DNA of 64,000 nt from a virus (IMGVR_UViG_2881966637_000004:1-64000); one strand, 5' to 3'; positions 37,409-48,026 are shown, counted from the first letter of the stretch. A program made the numbers and translations. The notes: a model not told the origin generated them from the letters alone.

Positions 37409-39965
37409 CAACCCAGACAAACCCTGCGCCAAGTGCGGAGAGCCGGACGGTTGCGCCCCGGCCTACAGCCCCATTCAGCTGACGCCCGTGGAGCCCGACC
37501 TCTGCCCCAAGCCGGCGGATGCAACCACGGTGCAGTACTTCCGCCGACTGCTCGAACTCATCGCCCGGCGCAGTGCCGGCTCGGGCTCCGGTAGTGGCTC
37601 GGGTTCCTCGTCGGGTTCCGGATCGGGCAGCGGCCCGACGCCCCCCGTGGGCTGGCCCGACCCCAACCTGCTCGGCCCGCTGGGCTGGGAGCGGATGCCC
37701 GACGGCACCTGCCCCAAACCCCAGGAACTGCAGCTCATCGCGTCGGCCGACGTGTCGGGCACACTGGCCGACTGCCGAAAGACGGTGGACTACACCTTTT
37801 CTATCGCCGGCAAAACGTCCGGTCTGAGCTGGTCGGTGTCCCGCGACGGGGGCTACAGCTACCAGCCGGCCGCCACGACGCCCATCTTCTCGTTCTCTAC
37901 CGCTGGCGGGGCCAGGGCCGACTGGTATCACTTCCGCGTCCGGGCCGACCACGCCGACGGGGCGGGCGTCTGGGCCATCGAAGTACACCCCACGACCGGG
38001 TCGCTGACCGCCACGCGGCTGGGTGCCTACGTCAACCGGCCCGCCGGCTGCGCCTTCAACCGCTGGCAGCTGGTGCTCCCGCTGGGCGTTACGCTGGTAG
38101 CCTCGGCCCTCACCGCCGACGCCGGCATCGCCATGACCGAAGTGGCACCGGGCGTCGTAGATGTGCGGGGGTTTCAGGGCAAGGTGACGGGTTTCGTCAG
38201 CCTGCGCTGGAACGGCCAGACGGTCAACGTGCCGGTGCGCCCCCTCTACGCGCTGGGCACGGGCTTCTTTGCCGGCCTGCTCAGCGAAGTACCCCTGCCG
38301 GTACTGACGCTGCTGACCTATCCGCTCTGTGACAACACGACCTGGTTTGCCGTCCGCGTGACGGGGGGTAACCTGGCCGAGCCGATCCAGTGGAGCCGGG
38401 GCGGCAGCAGCCTGACCGGCGGCATGACGGAAAAGAAACTGCCCAACGTGGGCGGGGCGGTTGGCGTGTCGGTCGTTACTGACAAGGGCACCCTGACGGC
38501 CAGCAAAGACCCCCTCGCCGGCAGCGGATCGGGCAGCAGCTCGGGTACGGGTAGCGGCTCCGCGTCAGGCACTGGCTCGGGCACTGGCTCGGGTACGGGT
38601 TCCGGTAGCGGAACAGGTTCAGGCAGCAGCAGCGGTTCGGGCTCCTCGTCGGGTTCCGGTTCGGCATCGGGCAGCGGAGCCCCGACGGTGCGCTGTAACT
38701 TCGGCTCCATCCGCAAGTTTGCCCTGCCCGACATCCTCACCTACTTCATTCCCATTGACGAGGTGTTCAGCGGCAACCCGACGGCGTTCCGGCTGGAACT
38801 GGCCGGCTCGGGCGGCATTGGCATCCCCCTGCCGACGAGCGACTACAGCTTACAGCTCAGCGTCGCCACCGAAGAGAATCCGGATGGATCGGTCGTGCTG
38901 GTGCGCTACCTGCAGATGGGCATCCGCACGACGGCGGCCGGCCTGGCGACCTACCGGCTGGTGGCGACCAATACCGCCGGCAGCGCGAACATTGAGTTTC
39001 CGGTTACGACCATCAGCCGCACCGGCTTTGCGGTTCCGAACCTGCTGCTCAGCATCAGCTCGGCGAACCGGGCTTTGTCGGCCTTTATCAACGACAACGC
39101 AGCCGTCACCCAGGCGTTCATCACGCCGGCCGGTACGTGCAACACGTCGGGAGCCACCCCGCCGACCCAGTTTGTCATCGACAACAGCCTGGCCCTGCCC
39201 TACCAGAAGAAGCTGACCCTGCCGGCCAAACCGCGTGGGCTCTATACGCTCTGGCTGGGTAACGCCAACGGCGGTGACGAGATCACCGTCTCGCTGCCGA
39301 CGCCCGACGGCGCGGCCAGGGTGATGGCCGACTCACGGGAAACCTCGGGCTCGGGCTCGGGCTCGTCGTCCGGTACGGGCAGCGGCTCGGGTAGCGGCCC
39401 GGTGTATTACGCCATCGGCACCCCGATAGAAACCTCGGACCCCACCGCATCCGGCTCGGGATCGGGATCGGGATCGGGCAGCGGTTCAGGTAGTGGCAGT
39501 GGTACGGGTTCGGGCTCCGGTAGTGGGTCTGGGTCTTCGTCGGGCTCCGGCTCGGCGGCACCCCCCGCGTCGGTCAACCAGGTCGCCATCTGGCGCACGC
39601 CTGGCAACACGCCGATGTTTTTGATGCGCTCGGCGTCCACCTCGGGTAACCTGGGCATGGAAGGCTTCTGGTCACCGCTGGGCCTGTGGCTGCCGGTCGG
39701 TTACAGTGGCGAGTCGGGTTCCATTACCGACGCCCGCCCCACCGGCTTCGAGGACTTCCAGTACCAGTACGAGTACGGCGCGTCGGTGGGCGACTACCTC
39801 ACCGCCCTCGGCGGCACGACGACCTTTCAGCTGCGCAAGGCGGGCCAGACGCTGCCCTTCCTGTCGGTTGACTTCTCGGCGGCCGGGCTGGGACTCAACC
39901 AGGTTAAGATCATTTACAGTGGCGACCAGGCCAACGAAATTCTTGTAGACGTTTTCACGTACTGA
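37386..39965 (+). CDS. Modular fibre-like protein with Cys-rich N-terminus and long Gly-Ser linkers (859 aa)
   Basis: MACNCSD...CAKC...C. Beta-rich domains separated by GSGSGSG(T/S) tracts. Confidence 0.75.
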   Translation: MACNCSDNNPDKPCAKCGEPDGCAPAYSPIQLTPVEPDLCPKPADATTVQYFRRLLELIARRSAGSGSGSGSGSSSGSGSGSGPTPPVGWPDPNLLGPLGWERMPDGTCPKPQELQLIASADVSGTLADCRKTVDYTFSIAGKTSGLSWSVSRDGGYSYQPAATTPIFSFSTAGGARADWYHFRVRADHADGAGVWAIEVHPTTGSLTATRLGAYVNRPAGCAFNRWQLVLPLGVTLVASALTADAGIAMTEVAPGVVDVRGFQGKVTGFVSLRWNGQTVNVPVRPLYALGTGFFAGLLSEVPLPVLTLLTYPLCDNTTWFAVRVTGGNLAEPIQWSRGGSSLTGGMTEKKLPNVGGAVGVSVVTDKGTLTASKDPLAGSGSGSSSGTGSGSASGTGSGTGSGTGSGSGTGSGSSSGSGSSSGSGSASGSGAPTVRCNFGSIRKFALPDILTYFIPIDEVFSGNPTAFRLELAGSGGIGIPLPTSDYSLQLSVATEENPDGSVVLVRYLQMGIRTTAAGLATYRLVATNTAGSANIEFPVTTISRTGFAVPNLLLSISSANRALSAFINDNAAVTQAFITPAGTCNTSGATPPTQFVIDNSLALPYQKKLTLPAKPRGLYTLWLGNANGGDEITVSLPTPDGAARVMADSRETSGSGSGSSSGTGSGSGSGPVYYAIGTPIETSDPTASGSGSGSGSGSGSGSGSGTGSGSGSGSGSSSGSGSAAPPASVNQVAIWRTPGNTPMFLMRSASTSGNLGMEGFWSPLGLWLPVGYSGESGSITDARPTGFEDFQYQYEYGASVGDYLTALGGTTTFQLRKAGQTLPFLSVDFSAAGLGLNQVKIIYSGDQANEILVDVFTY

Positions 39966-39966
39966 T

Positions 39967-41892
39967 ATGCCAAACGGAATCAAAAAACAGGTACTCGGCA
40001 GCAACGGCACCCCGACCGGGGAGTTCCGCTACTATACCGAATCGGTGGCGGGATCAGGGGTGTACGACGTGCTCATCCCCGAACCTTCGTCCATGACCCC
40101 GGCGCGTATCGGCATCCGGTCGCTGGCCCCCTACAAGCCAGAGCCGGTGCAGGTCTTCAACCCGCAGCAGTTCGGCGTGGGCGACTACTACCACCCCAAC
40201 TTCACCTGCGCCATCGACTTCACCGACGGCAAGACGGTGCCCGAACGCAAGGCACTGGGCATAAACCTGTTCAACGCGCCGACGATGGACGACGCCCAGA
40301 AGGGAGCCCTGACCTTCGGGGAAGGGATGCTCTATATCACCGAGTCCACCTGCCATAAGGAACTCGAAGGGCCGGGCGTGTACGAGTCAAGCCTGCAGAC
40401 GTACTTTCAAAAGATATGGCAGTACATCCCCGCGCTGGGCTACGGCATCGACGTGGGTATCAAGTACGCCATCTTCAACATCGAAACCAGCCTGGGCTGG
40501 GGCCGCGATGTGTACGGGCAGGGTGGCCACTGGGCCAAAACCTGGGATCAGGCGAAGAGCCTTTCGATTGTCTGCGAAAAGGACGGTGTCACCCGCACCC
40601 TAGAGCAGCTGCACAACCAGGGGCCAGCTGAGTGGGACCGCGAGTTCACCACGCGCCGGGCCAACCGGATGACGCTGCTGCTGCTGGTCGCCAGAGAGAA
40701 AGGCTACCCCGGCCTCAAGGTGTCTTTCGGAGCCAGCCCCTACCAGGGCCAGCCGCGCATCGACTTTGCCACGGGGAACAGCGTCTTCACCGACGGAGCG
40801 TGTAACGTCAACCACATCGGCGGATCGGGCAACGTGATCACGCTCAACCGGCCGGGGGGCGGCACCAGCACCTATACGATGGCCGGCAACCAGTGGGACT
40901 ACGAAGACTTCGTGACGGGCTACTACTACGACTTTTACTTCGACGTCCCGGTGCGCCAGGACTTTATCGACATCTGGGTCAACAAGCTGCCCCACACCCA
41001 GAACTACCCCTACATCTGGTCGAAGATGGGCGTTCGCCACGTCTTCGCCGACGAGAAGGGCTATATCCAGCTCAACCGGCAGCGGATGCTGGCCCGCCAG
41101 GGCGTCGTGCGCCCCTTCAAACGGCAGGTCGAACCCATGTACGAAGCCAACGCGGCCGGCATCGTGGCCGGTCAGTGGGTCGAGGCCAACCAGGGCGGTG
41201 AGATATTCAGGGTGCCCCACACCCACCTGCAGAGCAGCATCCTGTATGCCGACCTCAACAAGTTCGACACCCCAAAGGTGTGGCAGCAGCCCTACGAGAT
41301 GGACGCCTTCTACTGCGTGACGCGCTTCTTCGCCGGCAACGACGAAGGCTGGGGTTTCCATATGTTCCCCTTCAACTTCGCCCCCGAGAGTGTCCGCTTC
41401 CCCATCATCAACACCAACTACTACAAGCATGAGATGCACACCATTACGGCCATCCACCAGGCCCGTAAGCGGATGCAGCCCTACGAGCGGTACTATACCG
41501 GCTCGACGCTGGTAGAAGACCCCGAGGTGCAGATAAACGAGACGGGCAGCTGGTCGGCCTATTCGGGCACTGACGCCTACAACTACAACGCGGGCAGCTT
41601 CGGGGTGCAGAAGCCTTCGTTCATGCTGCGCTACAAGGCCGTGTCGGGCGGCTGGCATGTACTTATCGCGGGCGGCATGAACCAGGGCTGGACGACCGAG
41701 CGCACCGATCAGGTCCGGGTGCCGGGTGGGCTGCTAAACGGCAACAAGTTCCGCTGTAAGCTGCGCGGCCCGTCGGTTCACATCTTCGAGTTTTTCGTCC
41801 GCGACAGCGATACGAACCAGACCTACGAAGCGGTGCCCAACACACCAACCGGCTGGGAACGGCCCGGCTACGTGCCCCGCATCATCTCATAG
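39967..41892 (+). CDS. Virion-associated protein, possible glycoside-hydrolase-like domain (641 aa)
   Basis: Aromatic-rich (W/Y) globular protein in the fibre operon with an AIFNIET motif. The fold assignment is a guess. Confidence 0.6.
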   Translation: MPNGIKKQVLGSNGTPTGEFRYYTESVAGSGVYDVLIPEPSSMTPARIGIRSLAPYKPEPVQVFNPQQFGVGDYYHPNFTCAIDFTDGKTVPERKALGINLFNAPTMDDAQKGALTFGEGMLYITESTCHKELEGPGVYESSLQTYFQKIWQYIPALGYGIDVGIKYAIFNIETSLGWGRDVYGQGGHWAKTWDQAKSLSIVCEKDGVTRTLEQLHNQGPAEWDREFTTRRANRMTLLLLVAREKGYPGLKVSFGASPYQGQPRIDFATGNSVFTDGACNVNHIGGSGNVITLNRPGGGTSTYTMAGNQWDYEDFVTGYYYDFYFDVPVRQDFIDIWVNKLPHTQNYPYIWSKMGVRHVFADEKGYIQLNRQRMLARQGVVRPFKRQVEPMYEANAAGIVAGQWVEANQGGEIFRVPHTHLQSSILYADLNKFDTPKVWQQPYEMDAFYCVTRFFAGNDEGWGFHMFPFNFAPESVRFPIINTNYYKHEMHTITAIHQARKRMQPYERYYTGSTLVEDPEVQINETGSWSAYSGTDAYNYNAGSFGVQKPSFMLRYKAVSGGWHVLIAGGMNQGWTTERTDQVRVPGGLLNGNKFRCKLRGPSVHIFEFFVRDSDTNQTYEAVPNTPTGWERPGYVPRIIS

Positions 41893-41910
41893 TCAACTTT
41901 TGTCAACGCC

Positions 41911-44481
41911 ATGCCACGCTATCAGCGCACCAATACCAACCAAGCTGCTTCGCTCACCGACGCGAACAACGCCTTCGTGACCATGCTCGACGGGGAAACG
42001 TCCGCGCAGGCAGCCGCCCGGCGCACGGCCAACCCAGCCCTGCCGGTGCTGCTCGACATTCCCATGCCCAGATGGCTGCTGGCGTTCCGGCAGACCTACG
42101 ACCTGGCCACCCGCGCCCTGATCATCGAAGCCGCCCCGGCGGCCGGCGTGGACATCCGCGCCAAGATCAGACTCGTCAGCAACGCGGCCCTCGTCATGCA
42201 GTCGGGTGGCGGCCAGTCGCTGACGGCGGGTACGTACTACCCCCCCGGCCCGCTGGCGAACCAGAACCCCTTCACCCGCGAGTGGGGCTTTCTGCCTACG
42301 GTGACGGTTGGCTCGGGTGTACCCCAGCAGGAAGTCGAAGTGACTTTTCTCAACTTCACCACGGGTCAGGAGTTCTGGGTGCGCTGGACCCCGCAGCCGC
42401 TGAGCCGCTGGGTCGTGGCCGGCCCCAATGCCGCCATCGGATCGGGCAGCGCGTCGGGCACCGCCGGGGTGCCGGTGGGTCCGTCGTGGCTCAACGTCCG
42501 CTACACCCACTCGGCCTACTACGTCGTGCAGGTAGCCTCGCCGGGGCCGGTGCAGATGATGATTGAACGCACCGATGGCATCGCCATGACGCTCAACAAC
42601 GAGAATAACCCCCTGCTGTTCTCGGGCGTCTTCTACCCCGCCGGACAAGTGCAGGGCCAGGGAGCCTACACCCAGGACTACCAGTTCCGGCCAATCCCGG
42701 TCAACGTCAGGGTGCGGCTCACGTTTAGAAACCAGTCCGGCCAGACATACTCTCTGGAACACCTGGCCACCAACACCTCTACCCCCACGCCGTTGCTGGT
42801 GGCGGGCGTGGGGGCCGGTAGTGGTTCGGGTACGGGTTCCGGCACGGGGAGCGGAACCGGCTCGGGTAGCGCGTCGGGCACCTCGTCGGGCTCGGGCAGT
42901 GCATCCGGATCGGGTACAGGTAGCGGATCGGGTCAGCTGCCGCTGCCGGCGGGTGGCTTTGTGGAGGGGCCGACGGTGGCTTCGCTGCTGGCTTACGCAC
43001 CCTTTGCGCCCGGTGCCAACCAGTACCAGTCGTGGCCGACCGGCAACACCGAGCAGTACCTCAGTAACGGCACCATCGTCGCCGGCTTCGGCCGGGCCGT
43101 GGGAGCCAGCCTCAAGACGCTCCGCAAAGCCAATGGCCCCAACTGGGTCAACACCAGCTTCCAGGACAGCTCCATCTTCGAGGGCGTACTCTCCCCCGAT
43201 ACCGGGCGGTCGGGCGGCTTTTCGATCTACGGATTCCCCGATGGCGGACCCGTCAATCAGCAGACGGGCCTGAGCCCAAACCCCTACTACGAAAACGAGC
43301 AGAACAGTTCCATGCGCTCCGACGACACGGGCTGGAACCCCGTACAGGGGGGCAGCCGGGGGGCTCTGGATAGAAGCCCGATTCTGCACTACGAACGGCG
43401 TACTGTCAACGGCGTTGAATACATCCATACCGTCACCCAGCCCTACCAGTGGGCGATGTCGGGCATCCTGGGTAAGTGCAAGATACACGCCTGGTGGTGG
43501 CTGGAAGGGCCGGTCCTGCGCTACTATACGATCTTCGAGAACTTCCGCGACGACGTGCAGATGCTCTTCGAGGGCCGCGACCAAGAGTTTATCTTCTGCT
43601 ACACCATCGGTGACCTGTGGCGGCATTTGTTGTACACGGGCAATGCCCCGCTGACAGACGGCAACCTGCAGGAGATCACGACGGTATCGCCCACCGAAGG
43701 GGGTGGACAGGATAACCAGACCGACACGGGCGAGTTCTTCGGCACCGAGCACTGGATCGGATCGCTCAACGGGGCCGGCAACGAAGGGGTATTCATCGTC
43801 ACCCCCTACAGCACCGGCTTCCGGGGTAAACAGTTTCAGGGTCGCTGGGGCAATGCCGACACCAACGCCAGCAGCTACATCAACGCCAACATGACCAGCG
43901 TGATGGGCGATCTGCCCTACTGCTACGGGTTTACGGGCTACGTCTACGTCGGCAACCTCAATGAGTTTAGGGCGTGGCGCAAGGCAACCAACATCAACCC
44001 GCTGCCCTTCGGCTGGACGTTCGGCCCCGGCAAGGCCAACAACTGGTACGGCACCAGCTGCCCGGCCAAATTCGTGGATGGCAAGTACACCTGCACGATT
44101 GGCAAGATCAGAAACAACGGCCACCCCCTTGAGAGCAATATCGGCTTCGGCCGGTTCTGGTCACCCAAAGGGGCGTGGAAGGCCAGCGACTATTCGACCA
44201 TCTACGTGCGGGGCAAAGTTACCGGCCTGACCAACCTGTGTTTGTTCTTCCGCCGGCCGGGCGATACGGCCAGCGACATCGACCTGAACCAGATTCCCTT
44301 TACGGTCGTCGGCGACGGGGTTACCCGCACCTACGCCATCACGGTCAGCACCAACCAGCGGTGGCAGCAGACGGGTGTGTTCGTGCAAATATGCATCGGA
44401 AACCCCGTACCCCGCGTGACCCGCGTGGGCAACGAAACCATGCAACTCGACTACGTCGGACCCATCAACCCAGGCAACTAA
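41911..44481 (+). CDS. Modular fibre/receptor-binding protein with GS linker, supersandwich-like and CBM-like domains (856 aa)
   Basis: After the GS tract: LKTLRK...GWNPVQGG...QEFIFCYTIGDLWRHLLYTGNAPLT, resembling galactose-mutarotase-like carbohydrate proteins, then a C-terminal beta-sandwich. Confidence 0.65.
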   Translation: MPRYQRTNTNQAASLTDANNAFVTMLDGETSAQAAARRTANPALPVLLDIPMPRWLLAFRQTYDLATRALIIEAAPAAGVDIRAKIRLVSNAALVMQSGGGQSLTAGTYYPPGPLANQNPFTREWGFLPTVTVGSGVPQQEVEVTFLNFTTGQEFWVRWTPQPLSRWVVAGPNAAIGSGSASGTAGVPVGPSWLNVRYTHSAYYVVQVASPGPVQMMIERTDGIAMTLNNENNPLLFSGVFYPAGQVQGQGAYTQDYQFRPIPVNVRVRLTFRNQSGQTYSLEHLATNTSTPTPLLVAGVGAGSGSGTGSGTGSGTGSGSASGTSSGSGSASGSGTGSGSGQLPLPAGGFVEGPTVASLLAYAPFAPGANQYQSWPTGNTEQYLSNGTIVAGFGRAVGASLKTLRKANGPNWVNTSFQDSSIFEGVLSPDTGRSGGFSIYGFPDGGPVNQQTGLSPNPYYENEQNSSMRSDDTGWNPVQGGSRGALDRSPILHYERRTVNGVEYIHTVTQPYQWAMSGILGKCKIHAWWWLEGPVLRYYTIFENFRDDVQMLFEGRDQEFIFCYTIGDLWRHLLYTGNAPLTDGNLQEITTVSPTEGGGQDNQTDTGEFFGTEHWIGSLNGAGNEGVFIVTPYSTGFRGKQFQGRWGNADTNASSYINANMTSVMGDLPYCYGFTGYVYVGNLNEFRAWRKATNINPLPFGWTFGPGKANNWYGTSCPAKFVDGKYTCTIGKIRNNGHPLESNIGFGRFWSPKGAWKASDYSTIYVRGKVTGLTNLCLFFRRPGDTASDIDLNQIPFTVVGDGVTRTYAITVSTNQRWQQTGVFVQICIGNPVPRVTRVGNETMQLDYVGPINPGN

Positions 44482-44483
44482 CT

Positions 44484-44957
44484 ATGGACACCTCCACGAT
44501 TACCATTGAGCCCTCGAAGGCGGAACTCATGGGTCAGCTCTACGCCCTGGCCGAGCAGCTGGGGCTGGGCATTTCCGACCTGCGCTTTCTGACCACCGAC
44601 CCGCCCCTGCCGGATGGCCCCGGCCCCACCCCCCTGCCCGATCTGGTGGACGGGCTGGGCCTGCGGGTGCAGCTGCGGGTGCAGAGCGGCACATTGCAGT
44701 ACCGCTACCTCGACAGCCAGGACTGGACGACAGCCGGTGTCGTGGGCGGTTCGGGCGGGGTGCTTGAACCCGTGGACATCCCCATCTCCACGGTGGGCCA
44801 GACCAGCTTTGCGCTGGTCAACGAAGAGCCGCGCCGGTCGCTCTACCTCAACGGGGTGCTGCTGGGTAGCGACGAGTACACCATCGCTCCGCCGACGCTG
44901 ACCTACTCGGGATTCTGTACACTCGACCCCGACGATACACTCACCTTAAAACCATAG
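44484..44957 (+). CDS. Tail fibre-associated small protein
   Basis: QLRVQSGTLQYRYLDSQDW motif typical of fibre/collagen-like phage proteins. Start reassigned to 44484. Confidence 0.65.
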   Translation: MDTSTITIEPSKAELMGQLYALAEQLGLGISDLRFLTTDPPLPDGPGPTPLPDLVDGLGLRVQLRVQSGTLQYRYLDSQDWTTAGVVGGSGGVLEPVDIPISTVGQTSFALVNEEPRRSLYLNGVLLGSDEYTIAPPTLTYSGFCTLDPDDTLTLKP

Positions 44958-44962
44958 AGCCC

Positions 44963-45382
44963 ATGCCCGTCCGTGGTAAACAAATCGCCCAGGCCGTATC
45001 GGCCCTCCTGCCCGCCAGTGAGCTGGTCAGCCCAGCCGCCGGCACCGTCGGTGACTTTCTGAAAAACAACGTCCAGCGCACGGTGCGCTACCCGGCCATC
45101 GTCGCCACGCTGGACGCGGCCAAAGCCACCAACAGCACCCTGGCCCACAAACCCCTTTCCCTGCCCGTCATCAACGTGAACGGGGGTGACAGCAGCGGTG
45201 TCGTGGGCGACGGCGTCAAGACCGGCGCGTTTTATTTCTCGGCCGACTCGGGCGCGACCGCCCGCACCCTGGCCAACATGGCGGCCGGCGACAGTCTGTA
45301 CGTCAACCCGACGGTGCTGGGTTATCCGCTCGACACCGACGACGTGCTGATCGTCTCGTACCGCGCCTACCCGGCGGCCTAA
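44963..45382 (+). CDS. Structural hypothetical protein, 139 aa
   Basis: N-terminal VRGKQI and C-terminal LDTDDVLIVSY match the pattern of Bacteroidota phage fibre modules. Confidence 0.65.
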   Translation: MPVRGKQIAQAVSALLPASELVSPAAGTVGDFLKNNVQRTVRYPAIVATLDAAKATNSTLAHKPLSLPVINVNGGDSSGVVGDGVKTGAFYFSADSGATARTLANMAAGDSLYVNPTVLGYPLDTDDVLIVSYRAYPAA

Positions 45383-45407
45383 TCCTCACCACTACGCAAC
45401 CAAACCG

Positions 45408-47339
45408 ATGGGAGTTCACACGAAACAACTAAGGGGTTACCACATACTTGACGACGAAACCGCCCTGTCGGCCTATAAGGGGTTGGTCAATCGCGCCATG
45501 CTGGCCTCGGGTCGGGCCTACACGTATGACCAGGGGGCAAGCGGCTCTCCGGATGGTGTGCTGACCCTGGGCGCAACGGGAAAGGGGTCAGGGCTATGGC
45601 GGGCCAGGGTGCAGCAGGCCGTCAACCTGCGCGACTACATTACCGTGCCGTCGGGGCAAAATGCCACCAGCCAGGTACAGAAGGCCGTCAACTACTGCAT
45701 TGCCACCGGACGAAGCCTCTACGTGCCGGGCGGACCGGACATCTACATCGCCAACGTGCTGATCAATAATTCGCTGACCATCTTCGGCGACAGCAACCGG
45801 AGCGTGTTTGCGTTGGCGGAAGATGATGCGTATTGCTTTGTGATCGACACGCTGAACCAGACCTGCCTGCGCGACGTGTTCATGGTGTCACCGCCCAGCT
45901 ATGGCCTGAATACCGGCGGCATGTACGTGACAGGTGGCAATAGCTATTCCGTCATTGACAACTGCTTTTTCCTGAACTGCCAGCAGAGTATCCACCTGCA
46001 CAACGCGGCCTTCCAGACCATCAAAAACAACAGGTTTCTGGCGGGGCGGTATGGGGTCTGGGTAGAGAATCAGCCACACCCGGACGGCGGGGATAGCATC
46101 ATTGAGAAGAATAAGTTCTGCGGCAACAGCCTGGCTTCGATTTTCTACCGCTCATCCGGTGGCTTGATGGTCTATAAAAACAAATTCCTGCCTCACAACG
46201 GAGTAGAGAATGGCGTTGCTTTTAACATGACGCTGGCCCCTGGGGCGCAGACGGTTGACTTGTTTATCCAGCAGAACAGCATAGAGTCGTACACCAACTA
46301 CGGCATCATCCTGCAGATGGGGGCCGGCAGCCAGTTCTACGATGTACTCATCTCGCAGAACCAGATCGTTGACTACTCAGCCAACCCCACCAACACCAAC
46401 ATCGCCATCAATGGCGACGGGGGTACGCTTGAGAATGTCTTTGTTACGGACAATATTCTCAAAAACAAAGGGGATGCTATCTATGCCAACAATGTCAATG
46501 GCTTTTTGTCCACAGACAATATCATTGACTCGTTCCCAAGCCTGAACCTGACCAACACCAGAGCCTACAACCTGACCAATACGGTCACCAACCACAAGGT
46601 CTTCGGGAATATTCAGAAGCGACAGGCGTTGGCGGACATATTGCCCAACGGAGACGGCACCAACCTGGTGGCGTATGGGGCTAGTCAATCCCTGTCAAGC
46701 GGGCAGAAAGTCCAGGCCAGAACAAACATCGGAGCCATGACGGTGAGTGACCTGAAACTGTCGGCGGTAACGACAGGGTCAGGCGTTCAGTACGCTCCCA
46801 TCCTCACGCTGCCCGGCTCATCGGGGGCCAGCTACGACGGCAGTATTGTAGAGGTCGCGCTGGGGGGCTACTCAAGCAACGCCAAAAAGGTACTGACGAT
46901 AAACGTCGGGCAGCGGGATGCGTTCATAGCAAACGCAATCTGCCAGGGCGACAACGGGGCACCCGGTAAAGTTGTCGCCTACCAGAACGCCGACAACTCC
47001 ACTACCCTGTACGCCGTGGTTGACAGCTATATGGAGGTTGGGGTGTTTTACATCAAGACCGTTCAGTCAACGCCGGTCACGACGCTGGCACTTAGCTCGT
47101 CAACACCCACGGGTACGCTCATCTACGACTCGTCAGTCACCAAGCCCAACCTGGAAGTCGGGTCCGACTTTGTACGGGCTGGCGGGAATATGATTCCTTC
47201 CGTTCTGGAAAAAGCGGGCGCACCGTCCACGACCGACATCCCCGACAAGTCATGGCGGCTGGTTGACAACACCAGCGATGGTAGCGTAAAGCTGTACTAC
47301 AACAAGGGCGGCACACTCAAATCGGTAACGTTAAGCTAA
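45408..47339 (+). CDS. Tailspike with right-handed beta-helix (pectate-lyase-like) domain, 643 aa
   Basis: VNLRDY...DATSQVQKAVNYC...LYVPGG N-terminal pattern, then Asn-ladder beta-helix repeats. Confidence 0.8.
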   Translation: MGVHTKQLRGYHILDDETALSAYKGLVNRAMLASGRAYTYDQGASGSPDGVLTLGATGKGSGLWRARVQQAVNLRDYITVPSGQNATSQVQKAVNYCIATGRSLYVPGGPDIYIANVLINNSLTIFGDSNRSVFALAEDDAYCFVIDTLNQTCLRDVFMVSPPSYGLNTGGMYVTGGNSYSVIDNCFFLNCQQSIHLHNAAFQTIKNNRFLAGRYGVWVENQPHPDGGDSIIEKNKFCGNSLASIFYRSSGGLMVYKNKFLPHNGVENGVAFNMTLAPGAQTVDLFIQQNSIESYTNYGIILQMGAGSQFYDVLISQNQIVDYSANPTNTNIAINGDGGTLENVFVTDNILKNKGDAIYANNVNGFLSTDNIIDSFPSLNLTNTRAYNLTNTVTNHKVFGNIQKRQALADILPNGDGTNLVAYGASQSLSSGQKVQARTNIGAMTVSDLKLSAVTTGSGVQYAPILTLPGSSGASYDGSIVEVALGGYSSNAKKVLTINVGQRDAFIANAICQGDNGAPGKVVAYQNADNSTTLYAVVDSYMEVGVFYIKTVQSTPVTTLALSSSTPTGTLIYDSSVTKPNLEVGSDFVRAGGNMIPSVLEKAGAPSTTDIPDKSWRLVDNTSDGSVKLYYNKGGTLKSVTLS

Positions 47340-47345
47340 ACGCAT

Positions 47346-47993
47346 ATGCTCATTCTCAAACGCATCGGCCTGTGGGTGGCTAAAAACCCCATCGTCATCG
47401 GCCTCGCCCTGCTGGTCTGGGTCATGCTGGCCACCTACCAGTGCAACCGCAACGGGCAAAAGCTCACCGCCCAGCAGGACCGCAGCGACAGCCTGGCCCG
47501 CTCGGTTGTATCGCTGGCCAAAGACACGCTCGTCAAGGGGCGAACGATCTCCCTGGCGAAAGCCGACTACGCCCGCACCGACAGCGCGTGGAAAGCCGAG
47601 AAGCGCAACATCAAGATCAAGGTCGCCTGGCTACCGGGCCCGGCCCGCGTGGATACGGTCTGGAAAATCCTGCGCGACACGGGCCTCGACTCGTCCGCCA
47701 GTCCGATCTACCCCACCGAGCCAGCCCTGGCGACCGCCATTGCCCGGCTGACGGGGAGTGGGTATTCGGTGTATGATTCGGCGCGGCAGGCGGGCCTGAC
47801 CCGCATGGCCCTGGAATACCGCTTTCTGCGCGACACCAGGGACGCCAACGAGCGGGGCGTGTCGATCTACCGGGGGCAGGTAGCCGCCCTGCTCGAAGCC
47901 CAGCAGTCGCTCAAAGACTGCCACCACTGGCTCTTCTGCAGCTGCGACCGCAAGGCGCGTCGCGTCGAACGTAAACTGGCCAGACCCGACTAA
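47346..47993 (+). CDS. Membrane-anchored coiled-coil protein, spanin-like
   Basis: N-terminal TM (IVIGLALLVWVMLATY), coiled coil, Cys at the C-terminus. Lies just before the holin and endolysin. Confidence 0.5.
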   Translation: MLILKRIGLWVAKNPIVIGLALLVWVMLATYQCNRNGQKLTAQQDRSDSLARSVVSLAKDTLVKGRTISLAKADYARTDSAWKAEKRNIKIKVAWLPGPARVDTVWKILRDTGLDSSASPIYPTEPALATAIARLTGSGYSVYDSARQAGLTRMALEYRFLRDTRDANERGVSIYRGQVAALLEAQQSLKDCHHWLFCSCDRKARRVERKLARPD

Positions 47994-48026
47994 CCCTCAA
48001 CGCCATGTGCAAAACCACTTCAACCT

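Noticed and set aside
37570-39560. CRISPR-like or VNTR array in the GS-rich regions
   Set aside because: Units are not identical at DNA level and have no spacers. They encode low-complexity protein linkers.
41893-44124. 743-aa minus-strand ORF
   Set aside because: Shadow of the 856-aa fibre gene.
14191-47339. Diversity-generating retroelement targeting the tail genes
   Set aside because: No reverse transcriptase and no template/variable repeat pair differing at adenines was seen.
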